Positions 16,656 through 26,217 are shown, counted from the first letter of the stretch. The stretch: DNA of 64,000 bases from an uncultured Erysipelotrichaceae bacterium (GCA_902798595.1 CADBXE010000002.1:49531-113530), one strand, 5' to 3'. The notes: generated from the sequence alone by a model not told the origin. A program made the numbers and translations.

Positions 16656-19367
16656 ATGAAACTATTCACAGACTTCAAAATAAGACGCATTGTTGCCTTA
16701 GTGGCATTTTCGTTGGAAACCCTTTTGCTCCTACTATTCTTCTTCTTTGGCGTGAGAGATGGTAATGCATTCACTCTTTTTGCTGCTGATTCAGAAATAG
16801 TAGCAACGGGAACCAAGATTATTCATATCCTAGTGCTCCTAGTGACTGCAGTAAACATTATCTTATCTATCCGTGGCTTGGCTTTGGAAATCTATAAAAA
16901 GCGCAGTCTTGGTAATGAGATTAGTTGTGCTGTATTGAACTTAATGCTCATGATTGTTGCTGCGGCGAATAAAATCTATAATCTCGTTTTCCCAATACTT
17001 GTCTTTATCATCGCTTTAGCACTATTGGCTTATAATCTTTATTTCTATTACAGAAACAAAGGTCAAGAAACAACCGCTAAGTTAACTCCTAAAAAGGAAG
17101 AACTTAGAGCCTCATATATCACTTTTGCCGTTTTAGCGGCTTCATTAATTGCCTCATTCTTAGTCTTTGTTATTCCAGTTTGTTATTACAATAAACAACC
17201 ATATTTCAAGCTATTTGATGCTTTCGGTGAGGATGCAACCCTAGCAAACGTTTTCTCTTTCATGGGATTCTTTGTTCTCTTCCTTGCCCTAATCGTTTAT
17301 ATTTCTCACGTTATTTCCTACTTCAAAAACGATTCACAAAAACTCTTTAAAAAATCACGTAAAGCTTTATATTTCTCATTTGCTTTCACTGTTGCGTTCT
17401 ATATCTTCGCAGTTGTTATTCAACACGTCTTCATGAAAAGCGTGAAGAATAATTTAGTTATGGAAGGCGAAATCTTTGATGATGAAGCTTTATCAACATA
17501 TAGTACCGCCTTTGTTCCAATCATTGTTAACGCTCTTGTTGTTATTGCTAATGCTGTTTTTGTGGCGAGATATATCGAAAACAAAGAAAAGAAGAAAGAT
17601 CCAAAGTTCTTAAACAGAACAGTTGCGTTAGGCTTCACCCTTGCTTTTATCGGTTTATTAATTGCCGCTATCTTATCTAACATCATCGTTATTAGATTTG
17701 AATCAGACCTTGAACTCACGACTGTGAGAATTAATGGTTTCTCTATGCTTAAGAACTTCCATGATATCAATAAAGCGGAATATCAAGCTTTTGCTTTAAT
17801 CATTTATTTCTTGCTCGTTGGTATCGTGATTATGGTAACAACTTCTATATCCTTATATATAAGAAGATCCAAATTCTTCTACAAGGCTTCCTTAATTTCT
17901 ATTATTGCTTCCTTCACCGCGATTGTTTGTGTGGCTATGTTTGGTAAATACTATCAAATCGCTGAAAGAATCAACAATGCGACATTAATGGAAATTCTTG
18001 ATTACTATGGTGCAGATATTAACTTTGAATTTACAACAAAAGTCACATCACAAACTATTTACTTTGCTGGTGCTGCATTAGTACTTATGGTGGCTTTAAT
18101 CTTTGCCAGACCATTCTCAAAACAAATCAAGGACGAAGGTATTGATGTCAACATTAATAGCGTTGATGATTATGGTGCCCTTGCCCCTGCTGGTGGTAGT
18201 GGTTCCCCATTAGGTAGAGAAGATGTTTCTGATGCTAGAAGTAGAGACTTTGATGCTTGCCCAGCCTTCAGTGAAATCGATGGTGAAGAAGAAGAAATTC
18301 TTCTTGATGTTGAACAAAGAAGACAACAAGCTTTCAAGAGCCCATCCTTACCAACCATCGTTAGATTCATTGTTGAATACGCCAAAGAATCGAGATTGCA
18401 TCTTTCATATAAAGAAAGTGAAATTGCACAATTTATCGCTGGCCTAGGTTCTTCTAAATTAAGCATCCTTCAAGGTATGTCTGGTACAGGTAAAACATCC
18501 TTACCAAAAATCTTCTCTGAAGCCATTTTTGGCGATGCTTATATCGTTGAAGTTGAATCTTCCTGGAAAGATAAAAACGAATTGATCGGTTACTATAATG
18601 AATTCAGTGGTAAGTTTACGCCTAAGAAATTTGCCCAATCCTTATACCGCGCTAAATTCTCTCCAGATGTTATTACATTTATCGTTCTTGATGAAATGAA
18701 CTTATCTCGTATTGAATACTACTTCAGTGATTTCCTTTCCTTAATGGAAAACGAAGAAGATAAGCGCGACTTTAAGTTACTTAATGTCCAACTTAAGAAT
18801 ATTAAACATGGTCAAAACCTTTCTTATAAACAGCTCATTAAAGGTCACACCTTAAAAGTTCCAGCAAACGTTTGGTTTATTGGTACAGCGAATAGAGACG
18901 AATCCACATTTGAAATCTCTGATAAAGTTTATGACCGTGCGATGACTATGAACTTCTCCGCAAGAGCGGACAAAATCAAAGCGTTTAATGAACCAATTGA
19001 TAAACGTTTCTTAGATTACAATGTCTTCAAACAATTAATGGATGAAGCCACTAAATCATTCTATTTTGATGCTTCAACAAGCCCAACAATCAAAGAAGTT
19101 GAAGCGCTCTTAAGACCATACAACATTTCCTTTGGTAACCGTGTCGAAAAGCAAATTGAAACATTCGTTTCCATTTACTGTTCATGTTTCACAGAACCAA
19201 GAAAAATGGTGGACGAAGCAATTGAAAAAATCTTATTAAGTAAGGTTGTTGCTAAACTTGAATTCAAGAGTGTGGAAAACAAAGAAGAACTTGCTCACGC
19301 TTTTGAAAAGCTTGGCTTAATGGAATGCGCATCCTTTGTCATTAATAAATTAAACGAGGACTTCTAG
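16656..19367 (+). CDS. 903-aa fusion protein: polytopic membrane domain (~12 TM, residues ~1-490) plus acidic Gly/Pro linker plus McrB-type AAA+ (AAA_5) NTPase domain
   Basis: Walker A LQGMSGTGKTS, Walker B FIVLDEMNL, FIGTANRDES (McrB IIGTMN-like sensor) and VYDRAM (Arg finger region); N-terminal half entirely hydrophobic helices. Confidence 0.6.
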   Translation: MKLFTDFKIRRIVALVAFSLETLLLLLFFFFGVRDGNAFTLFAADSEIVATGTKIIHILVLLVTAVNIILSIRGLALEIYKKRSLGNEISCAVLNLMLMIVAAANKIYNLVFPILVFIIALALLAYNLYFYYRNKGQETTAKLTPKKEELRASYITFAVLAASLIASFLVFVIPVCYYNKQPYFKLFDAFGEDATLANVFSFMGFFVLFLALIVYISHVISYFKNDSQKLFKKSRKALYFSFAFTVAFYIFAVVIQHVFMKSVKNNLVMEGEIFDDEALSTYSTAFVPIIVNALVVIANAVFVARYIENKEKKKDPKFLNRTVALGFTLAFIGLLIAAILSNIIVIRFESDLELTTVRINGFSMLKNFHDINKAEYQAFALIIYFLLVGIVIMVTTSISLYIRRSKFFYKASLISIIASFTAIVCVAMFGKYYQIAERINNATLMEILDYYGADINFEFTTKVTSQTIYFAGAALVLMVALIFARPFSKQIKDEGIDVNINSVDDYGALAPAGGSGSPLGREDVSDARSRDFDACPAFSEIDGEEEEILLDVEQRRQQAFKSPSLPTIVRFIVEYAKESRLHLSYKESEIAQFIAGLGSSKLSILQGMSGTGKTSLPKIFSEAIFGDAYIVEVESSWKDKNELIGYYNEFSGKFTPKKFAQSLYRAKFSPDVITFIVLDEMNLSRIEYYFSDFLSLMENEEDKRDFKLLNVQLKNIKHGQNLSYKQLIKGHTLKVPANVWFIGTANRDESTFEISDKVYDRAMTMNFSARADKIKAFNEPIDKRFLDYNVFKQLMDEATKSFYFDASTSPTIKEVEALLRPYNISFGNRVEKQIETFVSIYCSCFTEPRKMVDEAIEKILLSKVVAKLEFKSVENKEELAHAFEKLGLMECASFVINKLNEDF

Positions 19368-19368
19368 A

Positions 19369-20859
19369 ATGACCAAATCTTTAGGATATAAAGATGCCAT
19401 TAGGTTTTTAAACCAATTCGACAATATCACATATCCTGAGTTTGATTATTATTCCGTTACTAACATCAATCTCTTTACTTCTTTAGAAGCGGTTGATTTC
19501 AAAGAAATCGATGGACATATCACAGAGATTGAAAAAACTCTTGGGGCCATTAAAAGAATATTTGCCACCCCAATCATCCATCTTATTGACGAAGACGTTC
19601 TTGCTCCAGTGGAAGCGGTGAGACTCATTAATACCAAAACAATGAGTTATGCTTCTAATCATTCAGAGTTATGGGAAGACCTCACTGAAGATGGCATCAA
19701 ACCCAGAAAATTATTAACTAATAATTATCGTGATAACTACGCAATCTACGAAAACATTGTCTTCGCTAGATGTGTTTCTTATTGCTTAAATTATGCCCGC
19801 CATTACAATCGTCTTCTGTCTGATATAGTTTTTGCGAATAATAAGCTTGAAATTGACCTCTTACAGAGGGAAAACCATCTTTCATATTATTTGGCCTTAG
19901 GCAAACTTGAAACTGGCTATATTCGTTCGTTTGCGGACTATTCTGACATTGCTTTAAAACTTATCGCGAGAATGGAATTTATTATTTCTGTTTTAGAAGC
20001 GAGATTAAAACGACCAGTCTATGTTCAAGCCCGTAAATACAAAGGCAAAATCAAATTAAGAAAAACCAACATTTTAGCGATGCATAAGGATTATCAAAAA
20101 ATCTATCGCTTTATGAAAAAGATATATGGTAATGATGTCGAAGAGATTAGAGAGGACATTGATCCTAAAGAATATCTTTATTACTGCAAATTACTCACAA
20201 TCTTCTCAATTGGTCATTTCAACTTCCAAATGCCAAAAGACGATAAGATTTCTTTTAAGAAACTCAATCTGAAATTTAGCTTTAAAGAATATCAACTCAC
20301 TGTGAAGGACACAAAAGTGGATGGTCATCCTGCGCTCGAATTAACATTCTTTAAAGATAAAGAGTACAAAATGCTCTTGGTGCCTTCCGTGGATAATATC
20401 AAATTCACTTCGTCAGAAGTGGAAACCCACGTTCTTTCCCCAGAATTTGAAACTGACGATATTCTCGTATCCATCAATAATATTGATTCCTTCAGACGTA
20501 TCCAACAATTGCTTCTAAAAGGCATGGTGTATTCTAGTGATGATTTTGATAACTGCCCATTCTGTGGCGGAAAGATGATTAAAGAAAACAATATCTATTC
20601 CTGTGATGTTTGTCGTACAGAAATCATTAAGACACACTGCGAAGAAGAAAATAAAGATTACTTCATCACCGGTATTAAAAACTACAAGTTAAAGCCATAT
20701 GAAGAAGAACTCGCGAAGAACAAACGTTTCCAAAAGAGAATGGTGGAAGGTTTAATGCATTATCGTAATATCACTAAAATCACTAATGATTTATCATGTG
20801 TATGTCCGTACTGCAAAAAGGTGCACAAGATAGAAAAAAATGAGAAACAAAAAAGCTGA
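19369..20859 (+). CDS. 496-aa partner protein of the TM-AAA gene, C-terminal double zinc ribbon (possible McrC-like or novel effector subunit)
   Basis: Starts 1 nt after the upstream stop with GAGGA RBS; C-terminus CPFCGG-x13-CDVC and CVCPYC; no PD-(D/E)xK motif recognisable by eye. Confidence 0.5.
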   Translation: MTKSLGYKDAIRFLNQFDNITYPEFDYYSVTNINLFTSLEAVDFKEIDGHITEIEKTLGAIKRIFATPIIHLIDEDVLAPVEAVRLINTKTMSYASNHSELWEDLTEDGIKPRKLLTNNYRDNYAIYENIVFARCVSYCLNYARHYNRLLSDIVFANNKLEIDLLQRENHLSYYLALGKLETGYIRSFADYSDIALKLIARMEFIISVLEARLKRPVYVQARKYKGKIKLRKTNILAMHKDYQKIYRFMKKIYGNDVEEIREDIDPKEYLYYCKLLTIFSIGHFNFQMPKDDKISFKKLNLKFSFKEYQLTVKDTKVDGHPALELTFFKDKEYKMLLVPSVDNIKFTSSEVETHVLSPEFETDDILVSINNIDSFRRIQQLLLKGMVYSSDDFDNCPFCGGKMIKENNIYSCDVCRTEIIKTHCEEENKDYFITGIKNYKLKPYEEELAKNKRFQKRMVEGLMHYRNITKITNDLSCVCPYCKKVHKIEKNEKQKS

Positions 20860-20880
20860 GCAGATGCTCAGCATTTTTAT
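20855..20880. terminator. Bidirectional terminator (cassette end / rplT end)
   Basis: GCTGAGC-AGAT-GCTCAGC with AAAA upstream and TTTTT downstream; overlaps the TGA stop. Confidence 0.65.
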
Positions 20881-20893
20881 TTGATTAACTTAA

Positions 20894-21244
20894 TTAAGCT
20901 TTTTTAGCAGTTTTCACTAAATCAGCGAAAGCTTTTGGATCATTGATGGCTAATTCAGATAACATCTTACGGTTGATGTTGATGTTAGCTTGTTTTAAAC
21001 CGAACATGAATTTGCTATAAGAGATATCGTTTAATCTGCAAGCGGCGTTGATACGTCTGATCCATAATTTACGGAAATCTCTCTTTCTGTCTCTACGGGA
21101 GATGTATGCATAGCGTAAGCTGTGCATGACTTGTTCTTTCGCAGTTTTGAATAATAAGTGTTTGCTACCGAAATAACCAGAGGCTCTTTTTAAAACTCTT
21201 TTACGACGGGCGTGTGTGACTGTGCCACCTTTAACTCTTGCCAT
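20894..21244 (-). CDS. rplT: 50S ribosomal protein L20
   Basis: [19 protein letters not shown]... Confidence 0.9.
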   Translation of the reverse strand: MARVKGGTVTHARRKRVLKRASGYFGSKHLLFKTAKEQVMHSLRYAYISRRDRKRDFRKLWIRRINAACRLNDISYSKFMFGLKQANININRKMLSELAINDPKAFADLVKTAKKA

Positions 21245-21259
21245 ATTCTAGTGTCCTCC

Positions 21260-21454
21260 TTATTTAACGATGAGAAATTTAATTCTCTTGTAGTCTGTCT
21301 TATGTAAGACAGCAGACTTCATTAAGTGTCTCTTTTGTTTTGTGGTTTTGTGTGGGGCTAAATGTGAAACATAGGCGTGATGTCTGACGACTTTGCCTGT
21401 GCCTGTGAGCTTAATTCTTTTCATTAAAGCTCTTTTGCTTTTCATTTTTGGCAT
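21260..21454 (-). CDS. rpmI: 50S ribosomal protein L35
   Basis: MPKMKSKRALMKRIK... Confidence 0.9.
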   Translation of the reverse strand: MPKMKSKRALMKRIKLTGTGKVVRHHAYVSHLAPHKTTKQKRHLMKSAVLHKTDYKRIKFLIVK

Positions 21455-21466
21455 AAAATTTTCCTC

Positions 21467-22027
21467 CTACTTCTTCTTTGGTGCGAGTATTGCGTACATC
21501 CAACGGCCTTCCATGGCTGATGGCTTTTCAACATTCGCGAATTCACTTAATTGAGCAATGAACTTATCCATGACTTCCTGACCGACTTCGATGTGAGTCA
21601 TTTGACGGCCACGGAAACGCACACCAACTTTAACTTTGTTACCGGCTTCTAAGAATTTTTGAGCCGCTCTGGCTTTGGTATCCATATCATGTCCACCAAT
21701 TTGTGGTGTTAATTGGACTTCCTTAACTTCAACAACGTGTTGATTTTTCTTGGCTTCTTTGGCTTTCTTTTGTTGTTCAAAGCGATATTTGCTGTAATTG
21801 ATAATCTTGCAAACTGGAGGTTTGGCGTTAGGCGCCACACAAAGAAGGTCCATATCATATTCATTGGCCTTGAATTGTGCCTCGCGAGAAGACATTGTAC
21901 CGATTTGTTCACCATTTGGTCCGATTAAAAGGACTTCTGGAAAACGAACGTTTTCATTAACTAAATCTTTGTTTTGGTTGTTGCCAGGTTTTTTGTTATT
22001 GGCGTAGCGATTGTCGATGATAAGTAT
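21467..22027 (-). CDS. infC: Translation initiation factor IF-3, non-AUG start (ATA at 22027 or ATC at 22021 after AAAGGAG)
   Basis: IF3 homology begins around NKDLVNENVRFPEVLLIGPNGEQ; the 242-aa ORF-track version has a non-homologous N-terminus, and a GGAG RBS sits at 22032-22035. Confidence 0.75.
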   Translation of the reverse strand: MLIIDNRYANNKKPGNNQNKDLVNENVRFPEVLLIGPNGEQIGTMSSREAQFKANEYDMDLLCVAPNAKPPVCKIINYSKYRFEQQKKAKEAKKNQHVVEVKEVQLTPQIGGHDMDTKARAAQKFLEAGNKVKVGVRFRGRQMTHIEVGQEVMDKFIAQLSEFANVEKPSAMEGRWMYAILAPKKK

Positions 22028-22034
22028 CACACTC

Positions 22035-22170
22035 CTTTTTGTTAAAAAACGGATGCATATCGCACCCGTTAACATTCTTAGCCCATAAGAAGTAGCGTTA
22101 GCCAACCAATATTTTATCAGTCTGGCGAGAAGCGGGTGCCTCTGCTTTCTACGTTTTAGCGATAAGATAT
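22035..22170 (-). promoter_or_regulatory. infC-rpmI-rplT leader, putative L20-binding autoregulatory RNA
   Basis: GC-enriched leader with long-range complementary GCACCCG ... CGGGTGC segments ~70 nt apart, as in Firmicute L20 leaders. Confidence 0.4.
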
Positions 22171-22204
22171 TATCATTATTAATATAATGTGTCAAATAGT
22201 TTTG

Positions 22205-24124
22205 TTAATTCGTTTTTGATAAAAAGTTCTGCAATTCTTCAATTGGAATTGGTCTAGAGTATTTGAAGCCTTGAAGGTAGTCCGCTGATAAACTTAAGCA
22301 GCGTTCCTCATCAACATCGGTTTCAATACCCTCATACAAAACACGGTAGTTGAAATTACTGAAGATTTTTGCGAGATTTTCAACAAGCTTTTCAGAACGT
22401 TCATCTTCTCCAGAAGCAATGATCATCGATCTATCAAATTTGATGATATCAAATGGTAGTTCGAAAATACGTTCAATATTAGAATAACCAGTGCCAAAAT
22501 CATCAAGGTAGAATTTGATACCTTTTTGGTGAAGAGTAATAATTCTTTCTTTCATAATCATGAAGTCTTCAAGATTCTGAGATTCGGTTAATTCAATAGC
22601 AATAAGTTCTGGGGAAATGTCGTTACTTTCAATGATGTTAAGGATATCATCACAGAATAGTGGACTCTTGAGTTCTAATGATGAAACGTTGATACTAATT
22701 CTCTTAAAAGAGAATCCTTCTTTTTTATATTGACGAATCATTTGACATGTTTTGTTGAGAACAATTTTGGTGATGACATGAATGCAATCAATTTCTTCGG
22801 CGACAGGAATAAATAAACCAGGATTGATTAGACCGCGTTTTTCTAACTTTAATCTTGTCAACGCCTCTGCAGTATCAAATCGTTTTGTGGAGATGTTATA
22901 AACAGGTTGAGTAAACACCAAAACGCGTGGATCATTAAGATCGCATTTTTTGGCAATATCTGTTAATTCATCAACGATATAACGAAGTTCCTTATATTGA
23001 TTGAGATCACTATCTTTGACGCGATGAATGACATTAAGAGGAATATCTTTAAAAATGTGTTCGATAAACGCTGCATATTCGTTATAAGCGATTTTGCCTT
23101 TGAGCGATTCACCATAGACAACCTTATAAGGAATTCTTAAAGCTGTGTATTGTTCTCTAAAAGCTTTAATGATTGTTGCCATCCATTCTTCATAGTCTGG
23201 ATTTCTATCTTTTCTAGCAATCATAATGACTTCGCCATTATTGATTTGGAACATAATAGCGTCTCTAAATAGCTCTAACGCAAAACGACGAATTTGTGTT
23301 TTGATTGATTCTGGCAACGATTTGCCCTCACCAACATAATCTGGTAAAACCATGCACATAAAGATAAATTCTTTATCTCTGATATAAAGATTTTTTACCA
23401 TGTTACGCATAGCGTATTTATCTAAAGTACCAGTTGAAACATTGTATGGGTTGGAGTGCATCGTGTAAAGCATAACAACGACCGGAAGAACAAAAGTAAA
23501 TGTTGTTAACGAAGACTCATGAATAAATAACTGTGCGGTTCTGATAAACACGGAAAGCGCCATTGTAGCAAAGAAACTATACACAACTCTCTTAAAGAGA
23601 AGTTTTCTAATTCTCACAATGACAATAGCGAGGAATATTACGTATATGTAATAACCCGCGATAAAGATATCATATGAACCGAGATATGCCGTTCCATCTT
23701 CAGCAATATAAAAACCAAGACCAATCGCGGTAAACCATATATCGACAGCGACCATTAATAAGAATAGGCCTAAGGATGTAAAGGCAATGATTCTTGCTTG
23801 CTTAATATGTAATTCCGAAATAGTAATCGCGTAAAGCGTGAATAAGAAAAAGACAATAAACAAAGACGAATGGAACGCAATACGGAGAACATAAATGAGA
23901 TATTTTAATTCTTCGCTATAGACACGCAGTAATTCGTGATAGCCAATATTAACAATTGCAGCTAAAACGATAAAGCCGATAATACCAGAGAAAATTTGAT
24001 ATCCTCGCGTCTTGTTAACGTACGAAAAAGTTAACAAGATGAAAACCACACAGCAGAGAGCGATGACACCAACATCACCCATACGTGAATATGTTCTAAT
24101 TAATTCAGATCCAAAAACAGGCAT
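22205..24124 (-). CDS. Membrane-anchored c-di-GMP phosphodiesterase: ~7-TM sensor domain plus degenerate GGDEF plus EAL domain
   Basis: EAL-domain motifs ELTESQN, DDFGTGYSN, KFDRSMI; mid-region aligns to GGDEF but reads ARKDRNPDYEE in place of GGDEF. Confidence 0.65.
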   Translation of the reverse strand: MPVFGSELIRTYSRMGDVGVIALCCVVFILLTFSYVNKTRGYQIFSGIIGFIVLAAIVNIGYHELLRVYSEELKYLIYVLRIAFHSSLFIVFFLFTLYAITISELHIKQARIIAFTSLGLFLLMVAVDIWFTAIGLGFYIAEDGTAYLGSYDIFIAGYYIYVIFLAIVIVRIRKLLFKRVVYSFFATMALSVFIRTAQLFIHESSLTTFTFVLPVVVMLYTMHSNPYNVSTGTLDKYAMRNMVKNLYIRDKEFIFMCMVLPDYVGEGKSLPESIKTQIRRFALELFRDAIMFQINNGEVIMIARKDRNPDYEEWMATIIKAFREQYTALRIPYKVVYGESLKGKIAYNEYAAFIEHIFKDIPLNVIHRVKDSDLNQYKELRYIVDELTDIAKKCDLNDPRVLVFTQPVYNISTKRFDTAEALTRLKLEKRGLINPGLFIPVAEEIDCIHVITKIVLNKTCQMIRQYKKEGFSFKRISINVSSLELKSPLFCDDILNIIESNDISPELIAIELTESQNLEDFMIMKERIITLHQKGIKFYLDDFGTGYSNIERIFELPFDIIKFDRSMIIASGEDERSEKLVENLAKIFSNFNYRVLYEGIETDVDEERCLSLSADYLQGFKYSRPIPIEELQNFLSKTN

Positions 24125-24264
24125 AATGACATGCTCAAAGTGCCGAATCTCGATTATGAAGGGGTGCGAAAAAGATCTCCCTAAATTCTTTATCTATGCA
24201 CCTTGATTAATTTTATTATAGCAAGCCATTTAAACTTGTATGTATATTTTTAATATTCATACAT

Positions 24265-24298
24265 CAAAAAAGGACACACCTAGATATGATATGTCCTT
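24265..24298 (-). terminator. Rho-independent terminator after thrS
   Basis: Minus strand AAGGACAtatcatatctaggtgTGTCCTTTTTT. Confidence 0.55.
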
Positions 24299-24328
24299 AA
24301 TTTTGTTTAGATTAAATCAAATAATTTC

Positions 24329-26128
24329 TTATTTGTTTTCAGGATTGAAAAATGTTTTGTTTTTGATTTCGTCTTCAACGAGCTTTAAGAATTCTTCGAC
24401 ACTAACAGTGATTTGTTCTTGCACACCGAAGCGACGATAAGTGACAGTTTTGTTGTCTCTTTCTTGATCGCCTAACACGAGTGTGTAAGGAATCTTTTTC
24501 ATTTGTGAGCTTCTCATACGATAACCAAGTTTGTCGTTGGAATCATCTAGAGCTACTCTAATACCATGTTCTTTGAATTTGGCTAATAATTCGTTAGCGT
24601 ATTCTAAATGATAATCGTTATTAACAGGTAATAGGTTAACTTGAACTGGGGCTAACCATGTTGGGAAAGCACCCTTTGTTTCTTCGATTAAGAAGGCGAT
24701 AAAACGATCTAAGGAACCCAAGATAGCGCGGTGGACAACGACTGGTCTTGCCTTTTCGCCTTTTTCATCGACGTAGGTGAGTTCAAATCTTTCTGGTAAT
24801 TGATAGTCGAGTTGGATGGTACTCAATGTCACATCGTGACCAATCGCACTCTTAACTTGAACGTCTAATTTTGGGCCATAGAATGCTGCTTCGCCAATAG
24901 CTTCATAGTATTCAACACCTAATTCTTTTAAAACTTCACGTAATTGGTTTTCACTCTTTTCCCAGAGTTCATCGTTACCGAAATATTTTTCGGTATCGTT
25001 AGGATCTCTTAAGGATAAACGGAATTCGTAGTTTTGGAATCCGAAGTCGTGATAGACATCAAGAATGAGTTGTGTAACTTCTTTGAAGACGTCACCAATT
25101 TGAGTTGGCATACAGAAGATGTGGGAGTCGTTTTGATAGAACGCTCTTGTTCTTTCGATACCTGTTAATGCACCAGAGGCTTCAAAACGGAAGTCAGCGG
25201 CGATTTCCGCAATCTTTAATGGCAATTCACGATATGAGTGTAAAGCGCTTCTATACATCACCATGTGATGTGGGCAGTTCATTGGTCTTAAAACATAGGA
25301 TTCGTTATCGACATCCATTTTTGGGAACATATCTTTTTGATAGTGGGCCCAGTGGCCAGATGTCTTATATAATTCAACGTTGCCTAAACATGGAGTTAAA
25401 ACGTGTTTATAGCCTAAGGCTATTTCTTTATCCATGATGTAGTCACTCAATAAACGTCTAACAAGGAAACCATTAGGTAACCACATTGGCAAGCCTTTAC
25501 CGACGAGGTCATCGTACATAAAGATACCTAATTGTTTACCTAAAACACGGTGGTCTCTTCTCTTTCTTTCTTCAAGAATTTCTAAGTATTTATTCAAATC
25601 TTCAGCGGTATACCAAGAGGTACCGTAGATTCTAGTTAATTGTTTGTTTTTGCTGTTGCCTCTCCAATAGGCGCCTGCAAGTGAAAGTAGTTTAAAATGT
25701 TTGATTAAGCCTGTGGACATAATATGTGGGCCACGGCATAAGTCAGTGAAATCACCTTGCTTGAATGTGGTGATGTCTTCATTAATACCTTCAATTAATT
25801 CAATCTTATAAGGATTGTTTTTGAAAACTTCAAGAGCTTGTTCTTTTGTGAGTTCTTCACGAACAATTCTTAAATCTTTTCCTGCCAATTCCTTCATCTT
25901 CTTTTCGATGATTGGAAGATCGTTTTCAGTGATTGTTGTTTCACCAAAGTCGATATCATAGTAGAAGCCATTTTCAATGGCAGGTCCAAAACCAAATAAG
26001 GCTTTTGGATAGAGTTCTGTAATAGCTTGCGCTAATAAGTGAGAAGTAGAATGGTTCAATACTTCTAATGCTTCTGCACTTGCTTTGTCCATTTCAACAA
26101 TGGAACCATCATGTTGTTGTACTTTCAT
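24329..26128 (-). CDS. thrS: Threonyl-tRNA synthetase
   Basis: TGS domain start MKVQQHDGS after GGAGGGAAAG RBS; class II motifs; RDHRVLG. Confidence 0.85.
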   Translation of the reverse strand: MKVQQHDGSIVEMDKASAEALEVLNHSTSHLLAQAITELYPKALFGFGPAIENGFYYDIDFGETTITENDLPIIEKKMKELAGKDLRIVREELTKEQALEVFKNNPYKIELIEGINEDITTFKQGDFTDLCRGPHIMSTGLIKHFKLLSLAGAYWRGNSKNKQLTRIYGTSWYTAEDLNKYLEILEERKRRDHRVLGKQLGIFMYDDLVGKGLPMWLPNGFLVRRLLSDYIMDKEIALGYKHVLTPCLGNVELYKTSGHWAHYQKDMFPKMDVDNESYVLRPMNCPHHMVMYRSALHSYRELPLKIAEIAADFRFEASGALTGIERTRAFYQNDSHIFCMPTQIGDVFKEVTQLILDVYHDFGFQNYEFRLSLRDPNDTEKYFGNDELWEKSENQLREVLKELGVEYYEAIGEAAFYGPKLDVQVKSAIGHDVTLSTIQLDYQLPERFELTYVDEKGEKARPVVVHRAILGSLDRFIAFLIEETKGAFPTWLAPVQVNLLPVNNDYHLEYANELLAKFKEHGIRVALDDSNDKLGYRMRSSQMKKIPYTLVLGDQERDNKTVTYRRFGVQEQITVSVEEFLKLVEDEIKNKTFFNPENK

Positions 26129-26197
26129 AAAATTAATTCTTTCCCTCCGCAATACAATAGCGGGCTTATCCTTTGGCTTGTTAGCCTAATTTATTAT

Positions 26198-26217
26198 AGT
26201 CTTATTATAATAAGACT
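26198..26217. repeat. Perfect 20-bp palindrome AGTCTTATTATAATAAGACT overlapping the pfkA stop, between pfkA and thrS
   Basis: Read directly in the sequence; weak terminator or attenuator-like hairpin with no clean U-tract. Confidence 0.4.

Noticed and set aside
21467-22195. 242-aa version of infC
   Set aside because: The N-terminal ~55 residues have no IF3 homology and lie upstream of the only RBS; they correspond to the regulatory leader.
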